Source: the human T2T-CHM13v2.0 reference genome, Homo sapiens
Reading direction: 5' to 3' (one strand)
Length of the DNA stretch: 64,000 nucleotides
Assembly (NCBI RefSeq): GCF_009914755.1
Contig: NC_060926.1
Part shown: positions 15,158 through 29,029 of the stretch, piece after piece
How positions within the stretch are numbered: the first letter of the stretch is position 1
How the letters are laid out: every line of letters starts with the position of its first letter
Notes under the pieces: generated by a model
Databases searched by the model: none
Told to the model about the DNA's origin: nothing
What the model saw: the letters and a program-made list of their open reading frames with translations, nothing else
Position numbers and translations under genes: made by a program

Positions 15158-18050
15158 TTGAGGAAGGACCCCACTGCATTACCAACAATTTATGCAGTGA
15201 ATCTTTCTCCCATCCTCCCCCAGGTAGACTTTTGGCCTTTTACCAGAGTAACTGTGCATTGCGGAAAGGGAAATTATCAGACATTTTGGAGACTACTGGA
15301 CACTGGCTCTGAACTAACATTGATTCCAGGGGACCCAAAACGTTACTGTGGTCCTCCAGTTAAAGTAGGGGCTTATGGAAGTCAGGTAATTAATGGAGTT
15401 TTAGCTCAGGTCCGACTTACAGTGGGTCCATTGGGTCCCTGCACTCATCCTGTGGTCATTTCCCCAGTGCCAGAATGCATAATTGGCAGAGACATACTAA
15501 GCAGCTGGCAGAACCCCCACATTGGCTCCCTGACTGGTAGGGTGAGTGCCATTATGGTGGGTTGCATCCCTGGAGGGATTGCAGCGATTAGTGTCACCAG
15601 CAAGGACTTGAAAGATGCAGGGGTGGTGATTCCCACTACATCCCCATTCAACTGTCCCATTTGGCCTGTGCAGAAGACAGATGGATCTTGGAGAATGACA
15701 GCGGCTTATCATAAGTTTAACCAAGTTGTTACTCCAATTGCAGCTGCTGTACCAGGTGCGGTTTCATTGCTTGAGCAAATTAACACATCTCCTGGTACCT
15801 GGCATGCAGCCATTGACTTGGAAAATGCCTTTTTCTCCATTCCTGTCCGTAAGGCCCACCAGAAGCAATTTGCCTTCAGCTGGCAAGGCCAGCAGTATAC
15901 CTTTACTCTCCTACCTCAGGGGTATGTCAACTCTCCAGCTTTTTGTCATAATCTTATTTGGAGAGACCTTGGCCACTTTTTGCTTCTGCAAGATATCACA
16001 CTGGTCCTTTACATTGATGACATTTTGCTGATTGGATCCAGTAAGCAAGAAGTAGCAGACCCACTGGACTTATTGGTGAGACATTTGCATGCAAAAGGAT
16101 GGGAAATAAATCCAACTAAAATTCAGGGAACTTCTACCTCAGTAAAATTTCTAGGGGTCCAGTGGTGTGGGGCCAGTTGAGACATTCCTTCTAAGATGAA
16201 GGATAAGTTGCTGCATCTGGCCCTTCCTACAACCAAGAAAGAGGCACAATGCCTAGTGGGCCTATTAGGATTTTGAAGGCAACACATTCCTCATTTGAGT
16301 GTGTTACTCTGGCCCATTTATTGAGTGACCTGAAAGGCTGCCAGTTTTGAGTGGGGTCCAGAACAGGAGAATGCTCTGCTACAGGTCCAGGCTGCTGTGC
16401 AAGCTGCTCTGCCACTTGGGCCATATGACCCACCAGATCCAATGGTGCTTGAGGTGTCAGTGGCAGATAGGAAAGCTCTTTGGAGCCCTTGGCAGGCCCC
16501 CATAGGTGAATCACAGCAAAGGCCTCTAGGATTTTAGAGCAAGGCCCTGCCATCTTCTGCAGATAACTACTCTCCTTTTGAGAGACAGCTCTGCCTGTTA
16601 CTGGGCTTTGGTGGACACGGAACGTTTGACTATGGATCATAAAGTCACCATTGGACCTGAACTGCCTATCATGAACTGGGTGCTTTTTGACCCATCTAGC
16701 CATAAAGTGGGTCATGGACAGCAGCATTCCATCATCAAATGGAAGTGGTATATATGTGATCAGGCTTGAGCAGGTCCTGAAGGCACAAGTAAGTTACATG
16801 AGGAAGTGGCTCAAATGCCCATGGTTTCCACTCCTGCCATCCTGCCTTCTCTCCCCCAGCCTGCGCAGATGGCCTCATAGGGAGTTCCCTATGATCAATT
16901 GACAGAGGAAGAGAAGACTAGGGCCTGGTTCACAGATGGCTCTGCACAATATGCAGGCACCACCTGAAAGTGGACAGCTGCAGCACTACAGCCCCTTTCT
17001 AGGACATTCCTGAAGGACAGCGGTGAAGGGAACTCTTCCCAGTGGGCAGAACTTTGAGCAGTGCACCTGGTTGTGCACTTTGCATGGAAGGAGAAATGGC
17101 CAGATGTGCAATTATATACTGATTCATAGGCTGTAGCCAATGGTTTGGCTGGATGGTCAGGGACTTGGAAGAAGCATGATTGGAAAATTGGTGACAAAGA
17201 AATTTGGGGAAAAGTTATGTGGATGGACCTCTCTGAGTGGTCAAAAACTGTAAAGATATTGTATCGCATGTGAGTGCTCACCAAAGGGTGACCTCAGCAG
17301 AGGAGGATTTTAATAATCAAGTGGATAGGATGACCCGTTTGGTGGATACTACTCAGCCTCTTTCCCCAGTCACCCCTGTCATCTCCCAATGGGCCCATGA
17401 ACAAAGTGGCCGTGGTGGCAGGGATGGAGGTTACACATGAGCTCAGCAACATGGATTTCCACTCACCAAGGCTGAGCTGGCTACGGCCACTGCTGAGTGC
17501 CCAGTTTGCCAGCAGCAGAGACCAACATCAAGCCCTCCACATGGCACCATTCCTCGAGGTGATCAGCCAGCTACCTGGTTGGAAAGGGCAGAGGTTTGTC
17601 CTCATTGGAATAGACACTTACTCCGGATATGAGTTTGCCTATCCTGCACACAAAGCTTCTGCCAAGACCACCATCCCTGGACTCACGGAATGCCTTATCC
17701 ACCATCATGGTATTCCACACAGCATTGCCTCTGACCAAGGCACTCACTTTATGGCTAAAGAAGTGAGGCAGTGAGCTAATGCTCATGGACTTCACTGGTC
17801 TTACCATGTTCCCCATCATCCTGAAGCAACTGGATTGATAGAATGGTGGAATGGCCTTTTGAAGTCACAATTACAGTGCCAACTAGGTGACAGTACTTTG
17901 CAGGGCTGGAGCAAAGTTCTCCAGAAGGTCGTGTATGCTCTGAATCAGCGTCCAATATATGGTACTGTTTCTGCCATAGCCAGGATTCACGGGTCCAGGA
18001 ATCAAGGGGTGGAAGTGGAAGTGGCACCAACTCACCGTCACCCCTAGTGA
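15158..18050 (+). pseudogene. HERV-L pro-pol (protease, RT, RNase H, integrase), disrupted
   Basis: LLDTGS protease motif; AIDL...FFSIP, LPQG and YIDD RT motifs; WFTDGS RNase H at about 16926; HSIASDQGTHF and IEWWNGLLK integrase motifs. Many stops after 16180. Confidence 0.92.
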
Positions 18051-18066
18051 CCCACTAGCAAAATTT

Positions 18067-18372
18067 TTGCTTCCTGTTCCCATGACACTACATTCTGCTG
18101 GCTTAGAGGTCTTAGTTCCAGAGGGAGGAATGCTGCCACCAGGAGACACAACAATGATTCCATTAAACTGGAAGTTAAGATTGCCACCTGGTCACTTTGG
18201 GCCCCTCCTACCTTTAAGTCAACAGGCTAAGAAGGGAGTTACAGTGTTGGCAGGGGTGATTGACCCAGACAATCAAGATGAAATCAGTCCACTACTCCAT
18301 AATGAAGGTAAGGAACAGTATGCATGGAATATAGGAGATCCATTAGGGCATATTACCATTCCCTGCAATTAA
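18067..18372 (+). pseudogene. HERV-L dUTPase remnant
   Basis: LRLPPGHFG...LAGVIDPD motifs downstream of integrase, the position characteristic of ERV-L. Confidence 0.8.
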
Positions 18373-18895
18373 GGTCAATGGGAAACTATAACAGCCCAAT
18401 CCAGGCAGGACTACAAATGTCCCAGACCCTTCAGGAATGAAGGTCTGGGTCACTCCACTAGGAGAAAAATCATGACCTGCTGAGGTGCTTGCTGAGGGCA
18501 AAAGGAATACAGAATGGGTAGTAGAAGAAGGTAGTCATCAGCACCAGCTACAACCACGTGACCAGCTGCAGAACCAAGGACTGTAATTGTCATGAGTATT
18601 TCCTCCTTCTTTTATTAAAAACATGTTTGTGCATGTATAAACTTGTACCAAGAAAATAGCTTTTTATTTCCTTTCTCCTTTATCATGTGACATAAGATTT
18701 ATTGACTTCACATCAGCATTTAAGTATTGTTAACTTCATGTAATAGTATTTAGGTTAGGGACTGGTGCGTTTCCAGTTGTACGAAGCGTAATTGTATTAT
18801 GTTAGGTGTAATTATGACCTTATTATTGTCTTTATTTTAAGATTATGTATGATCTCAGGAGATTTGTATGGGTTCAAGTTGACATGCGGTGGACT

Positions 18896-19368
18896 TGTGA
18901 TGGTTAATATTGAGTGTCAACTTTATTGGATTCAAGGATACAAAGTATTGATCCTGGGTGTGTCTGTGAGGGTGTTGCCAAAAGAGATTAACATTTGAGT
19001 TAGTGGGCTGGGAAAGGCAGAACCACACTTAATCTGGTGGGCACAATCTAAGCAGCTGCCAGCATAGCTGGAATACAAGCAGACAGAAAAATGTGAAATG
19101 AGAGGCTGGCCTAGCCTCCCAGCCTACATCTTTCTCCCATGCTGGATGCTTCCTGCCCTCGAACATCAGACTCTAAGTCTTGAACATCAGACTCTAAGTC
19201 TTCAGTTTTGGAACTCAGACTGGCTCTCCTTGGTCCTCAGCCTGCAGATGGCCTATTGTGGGACATTGTGATCATGGGAGTTAATACTTAATAAACTCCC
19301 CTTTATATATATACATACACATATATATTCCATTAGTTCTGTTCCTCTAGAGAACCCTGACTAATACA
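18896..19368 (+). mobile_element. 3' LTR (MLT2A1-like)
   Basis: Direct repeat of the 5' LTR. Carries a private 21-bp tandem duplication (gaacatcagactctaagtctt x2, 19161-19202). Confidence 0.9.
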
Positions 19369-19408
19369 AAGCCTTTTTGAAATAAAAATGTGAAATAACT
19401 ATTTGTTT

Positions 19409-20001
<593 letters not shown>

Positions 20002-21917
20002 CTAATGTAAACTATTTTTTTCATCAAAATGGTTAGGATGAAATAATATTTAGTGCATTATTTTAAAGAAACAAACTCTTCATCTACCAACTACCATGTG
20101 TAAGCTTTCTGCATGGGAGTGGGGAGTGATGGAAAAATGAATGAGACAATGTCCCTACCCTCAAAGGAGCTTGACATCTAATGGGGCAAACAGACATGTA
20201 AACAGATAATTTGTGTCCTGGGGATAAGAAAAAAATTGCCATATGCATAAGATTACCATTTTGTCTTGAAGACTCCAAAACTAGAAATTCAAGTTATTTG
20301 TCCAAAAGGTCCTATTTCAACCATTCTCTCATGGCCTGGGCTGGGTAAAGAGACCACTGAAGTCAGCAGAAAAGAGCAGACTGGGATGGAAGAGCCACTG
20401 AAAACAGTTTAGACTTTATACAGTGTTAATCTAAGAAGGATTCTAAAATGATGCATTTTGGGAGAATGTTCTTGCCTTAATCAGCTTTATCCACAAAAAT
20501 TAAGCTTTTTTTAATATAAAGGTTTTATTTTCTTTTAAAGGAGCCATCAATGTGATTTTGTCTTTGGGAACCCCACATGTGAATGAATCACCGAATGAAT
20601 GAATGAAATTTTAATCCTTATAACAAAGATAAGGTTGGATCCTAATATATTGCTTTAGGATGATTTTCAGGAAGCTCTACAATTCCAAGCATTTCCTCTC
20701 ACAACAATTTAATAAAAATAGTTAGAGTTTATGGAGATATTGTGGTAAGTATTTTAGATATGTTGTCTCACTGGATACTCACCTACAACCAGATGATGGA
20801 GATTACATTATGTATATTTTTAACAGATGGAGAAACTGAATTTCACAATCGGTTAAGTGATTTAAACAGAAACTTAATGTTGGTTCACCTGCAGCAGAGC
20901 CAGGATTCAAATCTGCTCTAACTCTGCACAGCACTTCTCTATCTCTTCACAAAGGCATATGCATTTGTTATTTAAAATTAAACATTTTAACCAAATTGTA
21001 TTAATTTAATTAAATTATTAAAATGACTACTGATGTGCTATGCAGTTCAATGCCATCTAAAGCCAGGAAGTAAGGCTACAGATAGCCAGAAAACAATCTC
21101 CAAGAATGAAGTATTCTTTTTTAAAACAATTTGTTGGTGATTGTCAGTTTAGAGATAAATGTTCCATATGTGCCTCTGTTTCTCCATCAAAATATTTTAA
21201 AAGTTAGCTCCAAAACTACCTTTATACACCCTTCACAATACTCTGTGAACCATAGTCACTGTTAATCTGTGTTTTAAAAGTGCTAAAGTAACTGTTAATT
21301 TGAATAATCAATATAAATAGTGTATTAGTTTGCCCCCCCCGCCAAAATCAAGTACAAGCTACGTGACAGTATTTCATGGTTCATTAGCTAAATGGAACAG
21401 TTAATTCGGTCAAATAGTGAATAATCTTTAAATCAAGCCTTCTTCAAATACAAAGGATAGTGGCATATATAAGAATTCAAGAAAATGGAAAAGGCCAGGT
21501 AATACTATAGAACTTTGAAATATCTTTCAATAGATAACCCAACAATTTTTTCATATTTATTAACTTAGATTTTAAAACATTACATAAAAACATGAAAGTC
21601 AATTTTGAAAAAAAGCTATTTTTCCGTGTTATTTTTAAGTCATGAATGCACACATTATTTGCATATTGACAATTGTAGCAGGCTTACTCTTTTGTGTTCC
21701 TATGGCAGGGCTGTTAAAGTAGATCAGTCCCTGCCTTATCTAGCTGTATGCATAAAGAAAGAACATTATTTATTCATCTCTCATGAACATTTTTGGCCCA
21801 TCTTCTAGTTCCCATAGATGTTGTATGAATTTAACTCTGCATGTGAGATATTTGCTGCACTAAAAGAAAGACTTACGGAGGTAAGATCATGTGAACAAAA
21901 AGAAATTTTGGGCACCA

Positions 21918-22995
<1,078 letters not shown>

Positions 22996-22999
22996 CAAG

Positions 23000-24115
23000 A
23001 GTTTCATAAAAATTACTTTCTTTTTAAGTATTTATTACATATACTGTAATAAAAATTAAAGGTAGAAAAGAGTATAGGGTAAAAATTAATAATCTCTCTT
23101 CATCCCTTATCTTCCAGCCACCTGGTTCTTTCTCCTAGAAGTAACTACTATTATCCCATTCTTGCATCCTTCAAGAGATACTCTATGCATATACAATTAC
23201 GTTCATATTTTTTCTATACTAATAGTAATATATTATACATACTGACACATAGCCCATTTAACATAATTATTGTCTTTAAAAAGGTTTCATGGAGTCCTAG
23301 GTTTTTTAACCCAATTCTACACTGTCCATGTTTCCTTTTTTAAAAACTGAAGTATAATTTACTTTCACTAGCATCACAGATCCAGTTTGATATATTTTGA
23401 CAAATGAATACACAGGTGTAACCAATGTCCAAAGCAAGATATAGAACATTTCAGAACTTTCTATTATTTTAAGAGCTAATTAATATTCCATTTATTTAGC
23501 CAAATCTGTTTTAATGGACTCTTGCTGTTACAAACAGGGTTGCAATGAATATGTACACATATGATATTGAGTATGTCTAAGTATACCTATGGGAAAATTC
23601 CTAGCAGTAGGATTGCTGGATCAAAGAGTATGTGCATTTTTAATTCAGAAGGAGAGTGGCAAAGTTCTTACTATAGGGGGTGTACTAATTTACACTCCTA
23701 TCAATTTACAAAGGTTTCTTTTACAGCATACCACAGTCTTTTTTTTTTTTTTTTGAGGCAGAGTCTCGCTCTGTTGCCCAGGCTGGAGTGCAGTGGTGCG
23801 ATCTCAGCTCGCTGCAAGCTCTGCCTTCCAGGTTCACGCCATTCTCCTGCCTCAGCCCCCTGAGTAGCTGGGACTACAGGCACCCGCCACCACGCCCGGC
23901 TAATTTTTTGTGTTTTTAGTAGAGACGGGGTTTCACCATGTTAGCCAGGATGGTCTCGATCTCCTGACCTTGTGGTCCGCCCACCTCAGCCTCAGTTTTT
24001 AAACTTCTTGAATTTTGCCCATTTGGGAGGAGGAAAAAAATGTGATTGGAGCTTGATTTTTGTTTCTCTCATTCAGAAGGAAGCTGAGAATCTTTTCTTG
24101 TGTTTAAAAGCCATG
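23000..24115 (-). mobile_element. Degenerate L1M fragments with an AluY-like insert (about 23739-23994)
   Basis: L1 motifs such as cctagcagtaggattgctggatcaaag and tgtactaatttacactcc. Confidence 0.65.
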
Positions 24116-24119
24116 AAGC

Positions 24120-24550
24120 GGCTTCATTTTGAAGGAAAATTTGAGGAAAAGCAAAGGTATTATGAAGACTGTGTGGTGCATGTGGAGCAATGAGCAGAAA
24201 GAGAGATGGCTTGACATTTATTCTAAACTTTCAAGAGAAACTGGACAAAGTAATATGGTTTTGAGTACAATAGAAACCCGGGGAAACTTGATATTTTCAG
24301 CATGACCTGAAAAGATTCCAAAATCTTGAATAAAAAACTCCTCCAAGAACCTAAAGATCTCAGGAAGTATGCCTATCCAAATCTCAAGGGAAGGCAATAT
24401 TAATTTGTTTCTTCAACATAAATGGTATTGTCCATGCTAAATTAATCCATAAGGTCAAATAGTCAGGCTCATTATGCAGGAATTCTAAAACATTTGTGGG
24501 ATTGTGTGCAGCACAAATGATTACTTGATTATTCATTTTATTCACTACAG
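24120..24550 (+). mobile_element. Mariner-family transposase fossil (MARNA-like)
   Basis: Conceptual translation across frameshifts gives ILKENLRK..SNEQKERWLD..KAILICFFNINGIVH..GQ..ILKHLWD, in mariner transposase order. Confidence 0.65.
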
Positions 24551-25459
24551 ACCCTTTAGTCCTCTCCAAAATCTGAAAGTCCTTTAATCTCCTATAATAA
24601 ATACCTCCCCTTTTAACTAGCTAAAATAGATCCTGTTCTTTGCAAAACTCCAACAATATATTTTTATACACTTTTTCCTTGAGTATTAAACTTCAGATTT
24701 TGCTTTTTATCATGGGTAAAAGAAAATGCTTCCCAATGTAAAACATACATCTTTCTTACCCAGTACTTCTGAAATCTCAACAGTTTCGTTTCCAATTGCT
24801 ACTTCTGGGTCTATCAGTAAAGCCCTAATTAGACATAGCTGGAGGGAAGAGAGCTAACAGTTATTGAAAAACTACTGTATATAATTAGATAGAGCTGGGG
24901 GGAAGAGAGCTAATATTTATTGAAAAACTATATATGAGCGACTTTATTAATTAGGCAAGTACAACATGCTATCTGCATTTAACAGGTTAGAAAGCTGAGG
25001 CCCAGAAAAGAGAAATAACTTTAACAATATTTGTAGCTAATAAGTGAGAGTCTAATCAGTTTAACAGTAATGTTCTTTCCATTGTTCTACTGTTCCAAGA
25101 AATACTCTATTGGAGTGGGAGAGGGTAGTTGAAAGATTTTTAAGTATCCCTGATTGACAGATTAACATGGTATAAATGTTGTAATTATCCAGCAATAAAA
25201 CCCAATTTAAAATAAAAACTTCAAAATCTAAGGGAGCATTGTTCTATTTAAGTAAGTCACATTGGGAACTATGTAGTTATTTTAAGTATTGCCCCAAGTA
25301 TTTTGAATCTTTTCTGTCAGAATTGCCCTTAGAACGGGAGTCACACTCTTGAATATCCTCGATGGTGAGTTTTCTTTTCTTTTCCAGTTGCTTTTTTTCT
25401 TTTAGAAAATCAGAATGGCTCTGATTTTAAGGACCAGCCCAAAGTTGTTCACAGCAAAG

Positions 25460-25778
25460 TGTAGTGAATAAAAATGAGTAATCAAGCAATTATTTGTGCT
25501 GCACCCAATCTCACAAATGTTTTAGAATTTTTGCATAGTGGGGGGTTGGGGGTGAGGGGAGGGAACTCAGAGGATAGGTCAATAGGTGCAGCAAACCACC
25601 ATGGCACACGTATACCTATGTAACAAACCTGCGCATTCTGCACATGTATCCCGTTTTTGTTTTATTTTTAAGAAGAAAAAAAGAAATAAAAAAAAATTTG
25701 CATAATAAGCTGGACTGTTTGACCTTGTGGATCAATTCAGCGTGAACAATATGATTTCTGTTGAGAAAATGAATTGGT
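25460..25778 (-). mobile_element. Second mariner fragment (inverted), interrupted by an L1PA 3' end at about 25540-25696
   Basis: Reverse complement aligns with about 24403-24549. The L1 tail (ggtgcagcaaaccaccatggcacacgtatacc, A-rich end) is flanked by a ...tttgcata(g/a)t TSD. Confidence 0.7.
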
Positions 25779-25849
25779 TAATCTTAAATCACATCCAGAA
25801 TCCTAGCTGTAAGAGAGTCTGGGAAGTGTAGTTACTAGTTTTCCAGCCT

Positions 25850-26405
25850 TGTCAGGTTCATGATTATGCCAAATGTCATGTTCAGGGTCAGGTTCCAGCC
25901 CATGCTGAGGTTCAAGAGAGTGGGTGGATGAGCAGAAAGAACACTCAGGGGTCGTGGGCAGGTGAAAGATGATTTTATTCAGCAGCAGCTCTCATCAACA
26001 GATTTCTCATACTGTCTGCCCTGTCATGGCTACTTAGTCTGGTGGCCCCCACATGTAGCTGCACAGCTGGCTCTCCCTTGCCTTCAGGGTCAGCAGCTTA
26101 ACTCTTTCTCTCTCTGGGCACAAGTGACCTGAGCTGTGTCCTGGCTCCCCTCTGTCTATCTGCAAAGATAGACAGGTTTGGCTCTCTCTCTCTGGGCACC
26201 AGTGCACCTGCATAGTATCGAGAGGGCAATTATGCCTTTTACAGACAATAGTGGCTTAGGCCAAGTGGTAGCCTTCCCATTATGGCTAAATGGCTGTGAT
26301 AACAAGTGGAGTTATATGCCTGTACTTTAAACTCGCTAAGTCACGCAGGATGTAAACATCCTACCTTGGTCTATCCTTGACCAAAGCACGGCCATATTCC
26401 TTACA
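25850..26405 (-). mobile_element. ERVL solo LTR (LTR18-like)
   Basis: TG...CA ends and a perfect 5-bp TSD AGCCT (25845-25849 and 26406-26410). Minus strand starts TGTAAGGAATATGGCCGTGCTTTGGTCAAGGATAG. Confidence 0.8.
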
Positions 26406-27164
26406 AGCCTCCGCAGTACAGGAAGATGGGATAAATATGAAGCACCAATCTACCATATCTACTATAGATTGTTCTTGAAATTCTTCCTTTTATTCAGAAA
26501 TTACCATTTTAGAATTATTAAATCACTCACTTAATTTCCTCAACCCCAGTTATCACATCTGTATGAAACTATGATTGTATATGATCTCCAAGGTACACTC
26601 TAGATTTAAAATTCTGGATTTTTCAATCATTTTAACTATGTATAAACCTGTACATACATATTTTTCTACGTGTATGTATCCACATAGTTTTCTAGACATT
26701 CTCGAGAAAGGATACTAGTTTAGAATTCTACAGCGTTTCTATGCTAACATTTTCAATTGGCTAGAGTTTAAAGATGTGCATAGAGTATATTAACTCTTAG
26801 GAAGGGGAGAATTTGTGTAGGGATGTGTGGTGTGTGTGTATACATGCCCATGTGTGTAAATGTATTGTGCATGTAAATTCATTCAGCCAGCTAAATTTTC
26901 TAATGATCAGAATTCCACATGACTAGGGAAAAATAAACTGGCAGAAATTCAATACAAATATTAGAGACTGACAATGAATCGGACTATACTTGAAGTTTTT
27001 GTTTGGTTTTGAATTCTTACATTTGCTTCCTACATTTCTTTTTTTTTTCTAAAATGAATCAGGCCCATTAAACTTCACATGACTAAGGTTTTCCAGATCT
27101 AAAAATGAAATAGTAAGTTGTGTCTTGCCATGTTGAATAACTATTATAAAAGTATACATTTGTG

Positions 27165-27468
<304 letters not shown>

Positions 27469-27619
27469 TTATTAGCTTGGTAATTAATTATATATAAATT
27501 GGTTGATTACTTATAATTTTACCACTAATTTTATTTTTATACCAGGCAGGGATCTTTGCATACAATTTATTTCCTTAACATTTGGTATATTATCTGTCTA
27601 TATAATACAAGGACTAGTG

Positions 27620-28112
27620 TTTGATGTAATGGATTTGCAAAAATGGCCACAAATTTTTCCATACTCCATATCTAAGTCTTTTCATGATGTAACGTTTCAG
27701 CTCCTCCCATTAATAGGTGGAGTTTCTTTTCCTACTACTGGGATCTGGACTAGTCTTGTGACTTGCCTTGGCTAATGGAATGCTACAGAAACAATACCTG
27801 CCAGTTTCAAGCCTGAACTTCAAGAGCCTTGCACATGTCCCCTAGCTCTTTCGTAAACTTGATGAGTGACAATGTACACAGCCTGCTAGAGATCAGAAAC
27901 AACATGGAAGAGTGCCAAGACACTTTAGCCAACAACGAGCCATTCCTAGTCAACCCAGAAACTGATCACAGTCATGTAAATTAGCCCAGCTGAGACCAGA
28001 AGAACCACCCAGCTCAGCCTAGCCCACATTACTGACCCACAGAATCATGAATTAAATAAATGGTTATTATTTTAAAGACTATGTATTGGGGTGACTTGTT
28101 ATACAGCTAACT
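27620..28112 (+). mobile_element. MLT1 (G/H-like) MaLR LTR
   Basis: aaaatggccacaaatt start; ctgacccacagaatcatga...aataaatggttattatttta and ttgttatacagc end motifs. Confidence 0.65.
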
Positions 28113-28360
28113 ACTAGTCTCAGTTAACTTTCTTTAAATTTTCTGACTCCTACAAAAATTTGAGTTATTTACTTTCAAGAATAGCACTCTATTTTCTACT
28201 CAAAATTAATGTATGTTAATTATAGAAAATTTGAATAGTACTGAAATGCAGGAAGAGGAATAAAAATAGTATATGGTATACTACTGTAAAATAACCTTAA
28301 TAAAATTTTAGTTTATCTGTTACCAGTACATTTTCTAAATATAGAAACATTTTTATATAA

Positions 28361-29012
<652 letters not shown>

Positions 29013-29029
29013 CAATTTGATGTATTCAC

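Noticed and set aside
18372-18895. Possible env gene in the provirus
   Set aside because: Too short, with no signal, fusion or TM pattern. ERV-L elements lack env.
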